Positions 39,108-48,183 of a stretch of 64,000 nucleotides of DNA are shown piece by piece; positions within the stretch are counted from its first letter, which is position 1, and every line of letters begins with the position of its first letter. Made by a program: the position numbers and the translations under genes. The stretch lies in the NCBI GenBank assembly GCA_016222825.1, contig JACRQF010000024.1:1614-65613 (forward strand). Direction: 5' to 3'. Under the pieces are notes generated by a model. The model had not been told where the DNA came from, did no database searches, and worked only from the letters and a program-made list of their open reading frames with translations. Source of the stretch: Verrucomicrobiota bacterium (GTDB taxonomy: Bacteria > Verrucomicrobiota > Verrucomicrobiia > CAIQCK01).

Positions 39108-39345
39108 AGTCCCATGCCCTCAAGTAGTGCTTCTTGCGCGCGCTCAGATCGGAAGGCAGTCCACCAACCGAACCCACCAGGTCGCCGATGAGTTCCATGA
39201 CGTGGGCCGGCTTGCCTTTGGCCCTTGGCGGCGATTGGCCCAGCCGCTCGCGCACCACGTCGGACTTGGGCACCTTGCGCAAAAGCGATTCGGCCTCAAT
39301 CTGCGCGACGAGGCTTTCGGGCAAACGAACGGTCAATGTTTTCAT
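39085..39345 (-). CDS. CopG/ribbon-helix-helix antitoxin
   Basis: MKTLTVRLPESLVAQIEAE..KSDVVRE. 86 aa, overlapping the toxin start. Confidence 0.82.
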   Translation of the reverse strand: MKTLTVRLPESLVAQIEAESLLRKVPKSDVVRERLGQSPPRAKGKPAHVMELIGDLVGSVGGLPSDLSARKKHYLRAWDYGKNRPR

Positions 39346-39354
39346 GACGGCGCA

Positions 39355-39383
39355 ACTGTATGACAAAAGCGGCACCTGTGCAA
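39355..39383 (-). promoter_or_regulatory. sigma70 promoter of the TA operon
   Basis: TTGCAC-N17-TACAGT on the minus strand, 9 nt before the antitoxin ATG. Confidence 0.65.
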
Positions 39384-39599
39384 TACGAAGTTGGGCAAAC
39401 GGAAAACACGATCCAGGCGCCATAAGCCGCCGCTGGCAGCCGGCGGTTGGAACAAAAAGGTTTCGGCAATGCTCTTGTCCCGAAACTGTCCTGCCCGGTG
39501 CTGGCTGTAGGTCTTGCGCATGAAAAGCCGGGTTCCCTCCCAAACAGTCGTTGCCGCCCGCGTTGGGCCGCGTATCATGCAGGCCAGCCACGACAAACC

Positions 39600-40631
39600 A
39601 TGAACGCGAACACATCCAAGCAACTTCTGCTGCTCCTGACCCTGGCACTGACAACACCGTGCTCCGCGGCCGACTCGCCGGCGTTCCGGCCGGGCAAGGT
39701 CTGGCTCGACACCAACGGCAAGGCGATCAACGCCCACGGTGGCGGCATGTTGTTCCACAAGGGCGTTTACTACTGGTATGGCGAGAACAAGGAAGGGCGC
39801 ACGTGGCTGCCGGAGTCCACAAAAGATTGGGAAGGCTCCCGCGTGGATGTCACCGGCGTGCGTTGCTATTCGTCGCGGGACTTGCTCCGTTGGAAGGACG
39901 AGGGCCTCGTGTTGCGCGCCGTGCCGGACGACCCATCGCACGACCTGCATCCGTCGAAGGTCTGCGAGCGGCCGAAAGTCGTGTTCAACGCGCGGACGAA
40001 GAAGTTTGTGATGTGGATGCACATGGACAGCGAGAACTACAAGGCCGCGCGCGCCGGCGTGGCGGTGGCGGACTCGCCGACAGGGCCGTTCCGCTACATC
40101 GAGAGCGTGCGGCCCGAAGGCCAGGACAGCCGCGACCAGACGCTGTTCCTGGACGACGACGGCAAGGCTTACCGCGTCTATTCGTCCGAGAACAACGCGA
40201 CCACCTACATCTCGCTGCTCACCGACGACTACCTCAAGCACAGCGGCAAGTTCGCGCGGGTCTTCGAGGGCCGGCACATGGAAGCGCAGGTCGTCTTCAA
40301 ACACGTCGGCAAATACTGGTTCATCGCGTCGGGCTGCACCGGCTGGGCGCCGAACGCCGCGCGCTCGGCGGTCGCCGATTCGATCTGGGGGCCGTGGACC
40401 GAACTCGGCAATCCCTGCCGCGGGCCGGAAGCGGACGTCACGTTCCGCGGACAGAGCACGTTTGTGTTTCCCGTCGCCGGCCGGAAGGGCGCCTTCATCT
40501 TCATGGCCGACCGCTGGAACAAGACGGAACTCACTGATTCGCGCTATCTCTGGTTACCGCTCCAGTTCAAGGACGGCCGGCCGATTATCGAGTGGCGCGA
40601 AGAATGGAATCTGTCATTCTTCGCGCGGTGA
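39600..40631 (+). CDS. GH43 glycoside hydrolase (subfamily 24-like, exo-beta-1,3-galactanase type)
   Basis: INAHGGG, YYWYGE, ERPKV, RDQTLF, GCTGWAPN, GQSTFV, MADRW. Confidence 0.85.
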   Translation: MNANTSKQLLLLLTLALTTPCSAADSPAFRPGKVWLDTNGKAINAHGGGMLFHKGVYYWYGENKEGRTWLPESTKDWEGSRVDVTGVRCYSSRDLLRWKDEGLVLRAVPDDPSHDLHPSKVCERPKVVFNARTKKFVMWMHMDSENYKAARAGVAVADSPTGPFRYIESVRPEGQDSRDQTLFLDDDGKAYRVYSSENNATTYISLLTDDYLKHSGKFARVFEGRHMEAQVVFKHVGKYWFIASGCTGWAPNAARSAVADSIWGPWTELGNPCRGPEADVTFRGQSTFVFPVAGRKGAFIFMADRWNKTELTDSRYLWLPLQFKDGRPIIEWREEWNLSFFAR

Positions 40632-40645
40632 ACCGGAACAAACAC

Positions 40646-43438
40646 ATGAACACACGCTTCCTGACACACTTCGCCGTTTGCGGCCTGCTCCACGTCGCCG
40701 CCATCGCTGTTTCCGCCGCAGCGGCCCGGCCGAACATTCTCGTCATCCTCTCCGACGACATGGGGTTCTCCGACCTTGGCTGCTACGGCGGCGAGATCCA
40801 GACGCCGACGCTCGACGCGCTCGCGGCGGGCGGAGTCCGGTTCACGCAGTTCTACAACACCGCGCGCTGCTGCCCGACGCGCGCGTCGCTGATCACCGGC
40901 CTTTACCCGCATCAGGCCGGCATGGGCCACATGACCAGCACGCGCAGCGAACTGCCGGGCTACCGGGGCGACCTGCGCCGTGACACGCCGACCATCGCCG
41001 AGCAACTCAAGCCCGCCGGTTACGCCACCTACGCCTGCGGCAAGTGGCACGTCGCCACGCACGAGCGCAAGCCGGACGAGCCGAATTACAACTGGCCGCT
41101 TCAACGCGGCTTCGACCGCTTTTACGGGACGATCACGGGCGGCGGGAACTTCTACGACCCGACCACGCTCTGCCGTGGCAACAAGTTCATCACACCGGAG
41201 AACGACCCGGAGTATCGGCCGAAGAAGTTCTACTACACCGACGCGATCAGCGACAACGCGGTGAAGTTCCTCAATGAGCACGCCACCCAGCGCGCGGGCC
41301 AGCCGTTCTTCTGCTACGTCGCCTACACCGCGGCGCACTGGCCAATGCACGCGCTGCCGGAGGACATCGCCAAGTATCGCGGCAAATACGACGCTGGCTA
41401 CGAGCCGTTCCGGGCGGCGCGATTTGCGCGAACGAAGCAACTCGGCCTCGTGAGCGCGAACTGGCAAATGACACCGCAGGCCGAGGACTGGGCGACGGTG
41501 CAGGACAGGGCGTGGGAGGCGCGTTGCATGGAGGTCTATGCTGCGATGGTGGACCGCATGGACCAGGGCATCGGCCGCATCGTCGCGGAGCTGAAGCGGC
41601 ACGGGCAGTTCGACAACACCCTCATCTTCTTCCTCCAGGACAACGGCGCGTGCGCCGAGATGACCGGCCGCCAATCCAACGCCGGGCAGATCAAGACTGT
41701 GAACTACAAGCCGTTCGGCCCCGACGATCTCCAGCCGCAGATCGTGCCGCCGATGCAGACACGCGATGGCCGGCCCGTGCGCACCGGCCCCGGCGTCATG
41801 CCCGGCCCGGAGGACACCTACATCGCCTACGGCCGCGGCTGGGCCAACGTCTCGAACACGCCGTTCCGCGAATACAAGCACTGGGTCCACGAAGGCGGCA
41901 TCTCCACACCGCTCATCGCGCACTGGCCCACCGGCATCGCCGCGTCGCAGCGCAACCAACTCGTCCACACGCCGGGACACCTTATTGATATAGCGGCGAC
42001 GTGCGTGGATGTAGCCGCGTCACTCCGTGACGCGAATCGTCATAATCAGGGAAGCGCGTCACGGAGTGACGCGGCTACTTTGGAAGGCGTCAGCTTGCGA
42101 CCTGCGTTCGAGGGCAAGCCCATCACGCGGCAGCAGCCGCTCTTTTGGGAGCACGAGCGCAACCGCGCCATCCGCGATGGCAAATGGAAGCTCGTCGCAA
42201 AAGGTGCCGACGGCCCGTGGGAACTCTACGACATGGAAGCCGACCGCACCGAGATGCACGACCTCGCCACCGCGCAGCCCGAGCGCGTCAAGGAACTGGC
42301 CGCGCAATGGGACGCGTGGGCCAAGCGCGCGAACGTCGTGCCATATCCCGAACTGAAAAAGCCGCAGGCCAAGAAAACCGTCGGCGGCGCGCCCGGTCGC
42401 TGGCCCGCCAAGAAGGCCAACGCGTGGCTCGACAAGCACGGCTGGCTGCTCGGCTGCAACTACGCGCCGAGCACCGCCATCAACCAACTGGAGATGTTTC
42501 AAGCCGACACGTTCGACCTTGCCACCAACGACCGCGAACTGGGATGGGCCGCGTCGCTCGGTTTCAACTCCGTGCGCGTGTTCCTGCACCACCTGCTGTG
42601 GGAGCAGGATCCGAAGGGTTTCCTCGACCGGCTCGACAAGTTCCTCGCCGTCGCCGACAAGCACGGCATCGGCGTCATGTTCGTGCTGTTCGATTCGTGT
42701 TGGGACCCCTTCCCGAAGCTCGGCAAGCAGCGCGAGCCGAAGCCCGGCCTCCACAACTCCGGCTGGGTGCAGTCGCCCGGCGCCGACGTGCTCAAGGACC
42801 CGTCGCGCCACGCCGCGCTGCGCGATTACGTCGTCGGCGTCGTCAGCCGCTTCCGCGACGACCGGCGCGTGCAGGTCTGGGACATCTGGAACGAGCCGAA
42901 CAACACCAACGACAATTCCTACGGCGCTCAGGAGCCGAAGGACAAAGCCGGTTTCGTGCGGCCGTTGCTGACGAAGGCGTTCGCGTGGGCGCGCGAGGCC
43001 CGGCCGACGCAACCGCTCACCAGCGGCGTCTGGCAGGGCAACTGGGCCGACGCGGGCAAGCTGCGGCCGATGGAGGTCATCCAGATCGAGAACTCCGACA
43101 TCATCAGCTTCCACAACTACGGCAAGCTCGACGAACTCAAGCAGTGCGTCGAAAACCTGCGCCGCCACAACCGGCCGATCCTCTGCACCGAATACATGTC
43201 GCGCGGCAACGGCAGCTTCTTTGAGCCGCACCTCGGCTTCATGAAAGAGCAGCGCGTCGCGGCCTACAACTGGGGCCTCGTCTCCGGCAAGACGCAGACG
43301 ATCTACCCGTGGGACAGTTGGAAAAAGAGCTACATCGGCGAGCCGCCGCTCTGGTTCCACGACATCTTCCGCCCCGACGGCAAGCCGTATCGCCCGGAAG
43401 AAGCCGCCTACATCCGCAAACTCACCGGCAAGAACTGA
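40646..43438 (+). CDS. Arylsulfatase fused to C-terminal GH5-like glycoside hydrolase
   Basis: CCPTR, GKWH, QDNG, EGGISTP, followed by NYAPSTAINQLEM..WDIWNEP..CTEY..YNWG. Confidence 0.88.
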   Translation: MNTRFLTHFAVCGLLHVAAIAVSAAAARPNILVILSDDMGFSDLGCYGGEIQTPTLDALAAGGVRFTQFYNTARCCPTRASLITGLYPHQAGMGHMTSTRSELPGYRGDLRRDTPTIAEQLKPAGYATYACGKWHVATHERKPDEPNYNWPLQRGFDRFYGTITGGGNFYDPTTLCRGNKFITPENDPEYRPKKFYYTDAISDNAVKFLNEHATQRAGQPFFCYVAYTAAHWPMHALPEDIAKYRGKYDAGYEPFRAARFARTKQLGLVSANWQMTPQAEDWATVQDRAWEARCMEVYAAMVDRMDQGIGRIVAELKRHGQFDNTLIFFLQDNGACAEMTGRQSNAGQIKTVNYKPFGPDDLQPQIVPPMQTRDGRPVRTGPGVMPGPEDTYIAYGRGWANVSNTPFREYKHWVHEGGISTPLIAHWPTGIAASQRNQLVHTPGHLIDIAATCVDVAASLRDANRHNQGSASRSDAATLEGVSLRPAFEGKPITRQQPLFWEHERNRAIRDGKWKLVAKGADGPWELYDMEADRTEMHDLATAQPERVKELAAQWDAWAKRANVVPYPELKKPQAKKTVGGAPGRWPAKKANAWLDKHGWLLGCNYAPSTAINQLEMFQADTFDLATNDRELGWAASLGFNSVRVFLHHLLWEQDPKGFLDRLDKFLAVADKHGIGVMFVLFDSCWDPFPKLGKQREPKPGLHNSGWVQSPGADVLKDPSRHAALRDYVVGVVSRFRDDRRVQVWDIWNEPNNTNDNSYGAQEPKDKAGFVRPLLTKAFAWAREARPTQPLTSGVWQGNWADAGKLRPMEVIQIENSDIISFHNYGKLDELKQCVENLRRHNRPILCTEYMSRGNGSFFEPHLGFMKEQRVAAYNWGLVSGKTQTIYPWDSWKKSYIGEPPLWFHDIFRPDGKPYRPEEAAYIRKLTGKN
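42011..42078. repeat. GTAG-type REP doublet inside the sulfatase reading frame
   Basis: Perfect 24-bp inverted repeat GTAGCCGCGTCACTCCGTGACGCG (42011-42034) / 42055-42078 with a 20-nt spacer. Translated as VAASLRDANRHNQGSASRSDAAT. Confidence 0.88.
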
Positions 43439-43448
43439 TTCGAGGCTT

Positions 43449-45788
43449 ATGAAGACACGACACTCCATGTTCATTCTCGCGCTGGCCCTTGCCGGCGTTT
43501 TACCCGGCTCTGCGGCGGTTGCCGCCCCAGTGGTGTTGGTCGAGGCGGAGAGCTTCGAGAAGAAAGGCGGCTGGGTCGTGGACCCGCAATTCATGGACAT
43601 CATGGGGTCGCCGTTCCTGCTGGCGCACGGGCTGGGCGTGCCGGTGAGCGACGCCGTGACGACGGTGAAGTTTGCCGCGACGGGAACGTATCGCGTCTGG
43701 GTGCGGACGCGCGACTGGGTGGCGACATGGAAGGCGCCCGGCGCGCCAGGACGGTTCCAGTTGATCGTCAACGGCAGGCCGCTCGACGCGGTCTTCGGCG
43801 CCGAGGGCGCGGAATGGCATTGGCAGGACGGCGGACAGATTGAGATCAAGCAACGCAGTGTGAAACTGGCGCTGCGCGACCTCACGGGTTTTGAGGGCCG
43901 ATGCGATGCAATCGTGTTCGCGGCCGACGCGCAGTTCACGCCGCCAAACCGCGACCCGGAAATGGCGCGGTTCCGCCGGCAGGCGCTCGGTTTGCCGGAG
44001 AAGCCGGAGGACGCGGGCCGGTTTGATTTTGTCGTGACGGGCGGAGGCATCGCCGGGACGTGCGCGGCGGTGTCGGCGGCACGGCTCGGCTTGAAGGTCG
44101 CGTTCATCCAGGATCGTCCCGTGCTCGGCGGCAACAACAGCTCCGAGGTCCGCGTCTGGCTCCAGGGAGCGCGCAACAAGGAACCGTGGCCGCGCGTCGG
44201 CGACATCGTGGCCGAGCTGGAGCAGGACAATCGCGCGCACTACGGCCCTGACAACAAGGCTGAGCTTTACGAGGACGAGAAGAAGCTGGCCGTGGTCCGC
44301 AGTGAGAAGAACATCTGCTTGTTCCTGAACCACCGCGCGCAAGCGGTCGAAAAGGACGCCGGCCGCATCGCCGCGGTGATCGCCACCGACGTGTTCACCG
44401 GCCGCCAGCGGCGCTTCGCTGCGCGATGGTTCGCCGACTGCACAGGCGACGGCTGCGTGGGCGCGCTCGCCGGCGCGGATTTCGACATGCAGCCGAAGGG
44501 GCGCATGGGGCCGTGCAATCTCTGGAACGTGATCGAGACCGGCAAGCCAGTGGCGTTTCCCCGCTGCCCGTGGGCGCTGGACCTCGGCGACAAACCGTTT
44601 CCCGGCCGCGGTCGCGGCGAGACGAAGCCCAACCCGCTCCATCTCGGCGGCTGGTATTGGGAGAGCGGGTTCGACCGCGACCCGATCCAGGAGATGGAAT
44701 ACGTGCGCGACTGGAACTTCCGCGCGATGTATGGCGCGTGGGACGCGCTCAAGAACGTGGACAAAGTGTTGCCGAACCACAAACTCAACTGGGCGGCGCA
44801 CATCATGGGCAAACGCGAGTCGCGCCGCCTGATGGGCGATGTCGTGCTAACGAAGGAGGATGTCGTCGGCGCGAGGCAGTTCCCCGACGCCTGCGCGCCG
44901 ACGGGATGGAAGATTGACCTGCACCTGCCGGACAAACGCTACGAGAGCGGCTTCGAGGGCGACGCGTTCATCTCCGCGGCGAGCTTCGGCAACTACCCAA
45001 TGCCGTTTTGGATTCCCTACCGCTGCCTCTACTCGCGCAACGTGCCGAACCTCTTCATGGCAGGCCGCGACGTGAGTGTCACACACGAGGCGCTCGGCGC
45101 GGTCCGCGTGATGCGCACGGGCGGCTGCATGGGCGAAATCGTCGGCATGGCGGCCAGCGTGTGTCTCAAGCACGACACCGAGCCGCGCGCAGTCCATGAG
45201 AGATACTTCACCGAGCTTCAGGAAATCATGCGCCGCGGCGTCGGCAGGAAATCCGGCGCGGAATCTTCTTATGAAAATCAAGGCGAGCCGAAGACCAAGC
45301 GCGCTTCAGTCCCAAAGACACTGTCGCCACCGCCGTGGCTCTCGTCCGCCGGCCCAAACCTCGCCCGCTCAGCGCGCGTCACTGTCTCCGGCAGCCGCGA
45401 CGCCGCGCAATACCCGCCCGGGTTGATCAACAACGGCCGGCTTGACGTGGGGGACAACGCCCTGCGTTGGCAAAGTGAGGCTGAAGTGCCTCATTGGATC
45501 GAGTTCGCGTGGGACGCGCCACAAACGGTGAGCGTGGCGCGCGTGGTCAGTGGTTTCTGCAACGGTGGCGGCAAGGTGATCGCGCCAATTGCGACGTTCA
45601 CCCTCCAATTCCACGACGGCGCGGAATGGCGCGACGCGCCGGGCGCCGCCGCGCAGGGCAACGAGCGCGTGGACTGGCACGCGACGTTCGCGCCCGTCAC
45701 CAGCGCTCGTTTCCGTCTCCTCGTCACCGCCACCCAGACCAACATCTCGCGCATCTGGGAGGTGGAACTGTATCACCCGAAACGGTGA
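43449..45788 (+). CDS. Exported FAD-dependent oxidoreductase with accessory N- and C-terminal beta-sandwich (discoidin-like) domains
   Basis: VVTGGGIAG..AAARLG, GGNNSSE, FADCTGDG, RESRR, IPYRCLYSR.VPNLFMAGR, VRVMRTG. C-terminal IWEVELY. Confidence 0.85.
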   Translation: MKTRHSMFILALALAGVLPGSAAVAAPVVLVEAESFEKKGGWVVDPQFMDIMGSPFLLAHGLGVPVSDAVTTVKFAATGTYRVWVRTRDWVATWKAPGAPGRFQLIVNGRPLDAVFGAEGAEWHWQDGGQIEIKQRSVKLALRDLTGFEGRCDAIVFAADAQFTPPNRDPEMARFRRQALGLPEKPEDAGRFDFVVTGGGIAGTCAAVSAARLGLKVAFIQDRPVLGGNNSSEVRVWLQGARNKEPWPRVGDIVAELEQDNRAHYGPDNKAELYEDEKKLAVVRSEKNICLFLNHRAQAVEKDAGRIAAVIATDVFTGRQRRFAARWFADCTGDGCVGALAGADFDMQPKGRMGPCNLWNVIETGKPVAFPRCPWALDLGDKPFPGRGRGETKPNPLHLGGWYWESGFDRDPIQEMEYVRDWNFRAMYGAWDALKNVDKVLPNHKLNWAAHIMGKRESRRLMGDVVLTKEDVVGARQFPDACAPTGWKIDLHLPDKRYESGFEGDAFISAASFGNYPMPFWIPYRCLYSRNVPNLFMAGRDVSVTHEALGAVRVMRTGGCMGEIVGMAASVCLKHDTEPRAVHERYFTELQEIMRRGVGRKSGAESSYENQGEPKTKRASVPKTLSPPPWLSSAGPNLARSARVTVSGSRDAAQYPPGLINNGRLDVGDNALRWQSEAEVPHWIEFAWDAPQTVSVARVVSGFCNGGGKVIAPIATFTLQFHDGAEWRDAPGAAAQGNERVDWHATFAPVTSARFRLLVTATQTNISRIWEVELYHPKR

Positions 45789-46939
45789 TGCTGCGGAACA
45801 TCGGCCGTGGTGTTATAAAGAAACGCGTTGTGAACAAGAGTTGTCGAACGTTTTTTGCCGCGCTGCTCGCGGTGCTGGCTTGGGCCGCCCCCAGCGACGT
45901 CGCCGCCTGCAACGTCCCCGTGTTCCGCTACGCGCTGGAACGCTGGCCGGCGGACGCCTATCGCGTCACGGTGTTTCATCGTGGCGAGATGGCCGGCGCG
46001 CAGAAGGAAGTCGCGAAGGCACTTGCCGATGCCAGCGAAAGCTCCGCCAACCTCGCCGTTGCCGTCGTGGATGTCGCGAAGGAATTGCCGTCCTATCACA
46101 AGAAGGCTTGGGACCTCGTCAAAGATGCGGCGTTGCCCGTGGTGTTGTTGCAGTATCCGGTCAACACGCAGACCGACCATGCGCTCTGGTCCGGGCCGCT
46201 GACCGCGGAAAATGTCCGTAGCCTCGTGGACTCGCCCGCGCGTCGCCAGCTCGCCGGACGGCTGCAAAAAGGCGAGTCGGCGGTCTGGCTGCTGCTCGAA
46301 AGCGGCGACGCGGCGCAGGACAAGAAGGTGGCCGATCAACTCGCGACGGAACTCAAGCGCATCGAAAAGGAAGTGGAGTTGCCGCCGGCCGCACCCGACG
46401 ACCCGACCATGAGCGCCGATGTGCCGTTGCGCATCGCCTTCTCGGTGTTGCGCGTGCCGCACAGCGACCCGGCAGAGCAGATGCTCGTGCGGATGCTGCG
46501 CGGGCTGCGCGAGGAAGCCGTAAAGGAACCAGGGCCGCTCGTCGTCCCGGTGTTCGGCCGCGGACGCGCGCTCGATGCGTTCGCCGGCGGGCAGGTGACA
46601 GGCGAGTTGGTAGAAAACGTCATCGCGTTCATCTGCGGCGCCTGCTCGTGTGAGGTGAAGTCCATGAATCCCGGCGTGGACCTGCTCGTCGCGACCGACT
46701 GGGACGCGGCGTTGACGGGGCAGGCGGTGAAAGACCCGCCGTTGCCGCCGCTCATCAGCCTGTCCGCGCTGGCTGCAGCGGGGCAAACGGGACAAGTGGC
46801 GAAGGCGGTGCTTCCCGTCGCGTCCGCCGGACTGCTGGCTTCGCCCTTGGTCCGAAACGTCGTTCTGGTTTTGCTGGCCGTCGTCGTGGTCATTGGCGCG
46901 TTGACCGCCGTGCTCATGCTGAAGAAACGAAACCGCTGA
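45788..46939 (+). CDS. Membrane-anchored exported hypothetical protein with CNVPVFRYALERW and ICGACSC motifs
   Basis: Signal peptide, C-terminal TM helix with basic tail, first gene of the ABC operon. Start could be 45788 or a downstream GTG. Confidence 0.7.
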   Translation: MLRNIGRGVIKKRVVNKSCRTFFAALLAVLAWAAPSDVAACNVPVFRYALERWPADAYRVTVFHRGEMAGAQKEVAKALADASESSANLAVAVVDVAKELPSYHKKAWDLVKDAALPVVLLQYPVNTQTDHALWSGPLTAENVRSLVDSPARRQLAGRLQKGESAVWLLLESGDAAQDKKVADQLATELKRIEKEVELPPAAPDDPTMSADVPLRIAFSVLRVPHSDPAEQMLVRMLRGLREEAVKEPGPLVVPVFGRGRALDAFAGGQVTGELVENVIAFICGACSCEVKSMNPGVDLLVATDWDAALTGQAVKDPPLPPLISLSALAAAGQTGQVAKAVLPVASAGLLASPLVRNVVLVLLAVVVVIGALTAVLMLKKRNR

Positions 46940-46944
46940 CGCCC

Positions 46945-48183
46945 GTGAACATCGGCCGCCTCATCATCTGCGAGATTCTGTTCCGCAAGCTGAGTTTCGC
47001 GCTCGGTGTGCTCTCGGTGTTCGCGGCGGTGGGCTGTCTCGTCGGTGCGCTCGCCAGCCTGCGCGAGCACGACCGTCGCACCGAGCAGATCATCGCCGCC
47101 AAGCAAGCCGAGACACAGGAGAAGATGGAGCTGCTGGCGGACGATTACCGCCGCATCACGCTCAAGCTCGGTTTCAACGTCCTCATCCTCCCGAAGGACC
47201 AGAAGCTCGGCGACCTCTTCGCCGACGACTACGCCACGAAATACATGCCGGAGGAATACGCCACACGCCTCGCCAAAAGCCGCGTCGCGACCATCAACCA
47301 CATCCTGCCAAGCCTCCAGCAGAAGGTGAAATGGCCGGAGACGGGCCGCACGATCCTGCTGATGGGTGTGCGTGGCGAGGTCTATATGCGCGGCGCGGGA
47401 CAGAAGCCGCTGCTGGAGCCGGTGCAGGCCGGCAAGATCGTGCTCGGCGCCGAACTGCACCAAGGCTTGAAGCTCAAGGTCGGCGACACGACGCGGCTGA
47501 TGGGACGCGAGTTCACCGTCGCGAAGCTCAACGAGGAGCGCGGCACCAAGGACGATATCACCGCATGGATCAACCTCGCCGAAGCACAGGCGATGCTCGG
47601 TAAGGAGGGGCAGATCAACGGCATCCTCGCGCTCGACTGCACGTGCGCCGATGCGCGGCTGCCGCTCATCCGCGCCGAGATCGAGAAGATCCTGCCCGAC
47701 ACGCAGGTCATTGAGTTCGCATCGCAAGCCATCGCACGCGCCGAAACTCGAAATCGCGCTGCAGCCGAGGCGGAGGCGGCCATCGAGCGCGAGAAGCAGG
47801 GCCGCTCTCTCCTGCGGAGCGAACGCGAAGCTTTCGCGGCGGTGCTCATGCCGCTCGTCGTGCTCGGCTGCGCGGTCTGGATCGGATTTCTCGCGCTTGC
47901 AAACGTGCGCGAGCGGCGCGGCGAGATTGGCGTTCTGCGCGCGCTCGGCGTGCGGGCGCGGCAAATCCTCTGGCTGTTTCTGGGCCGCGCCGTCGCGATG
48001 GGCGTGGCGGGTGCGTGCTTGGGCTACGCTGCCGGACAGGCGGCGATTGCGGGCGCGGAGTTTAACGTGCTGTTGCTGGCGGCGGTGATTGCCGGCGCAC
48101 CGTTGCTTGCTGCGCTGGCGAGCTGGATTCCGGCGCTATTGGCTGCGCAACAAGACCCCGCGGACATCCTGAGGCAGGAATGA
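46945..48183 (+). CDS. FtsX/MacB-type ABC transporter permease
   Basis: N-terminal TM, large periplasmic region, ERRGEIGVLRALG, three C-terminal TMs, QDPADIL. Confidence 0.87.
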   Translation: MNIGRLIICEILFRKLSFALGVLSVFAAVGCLVGALASLREHDRRTEQIIAAKQAETQEKMELLADDYRRITLKLGFNVLILPKDQKLGDLFADDYATKYMPEEYATRLAKSRVATINHILPSLQQKVKWPETGRTILLMGVRGEVYMRGAGQKPLLEPVQAGKIVLGAELHQGLKLKVGDTTRLMGREFTVAKLNEERGTKDDITAWINLAEAQAMLGKEGQINGILALDCTCADARLPLIRAEIEKILPDTQVIEFASQAIARAETRNRAAAEAEAAIEREKQGRSLLRSEREAFAAVLMPLVVLGCAVWIGFLALANVRERRGEIGVLRALGVRARQILWLFLGRAVAMGVAGACLGYAAGQAAIAGAEFNVLLLAAVIAGAPLLAALASWIPALLAAQQDPADILRQE

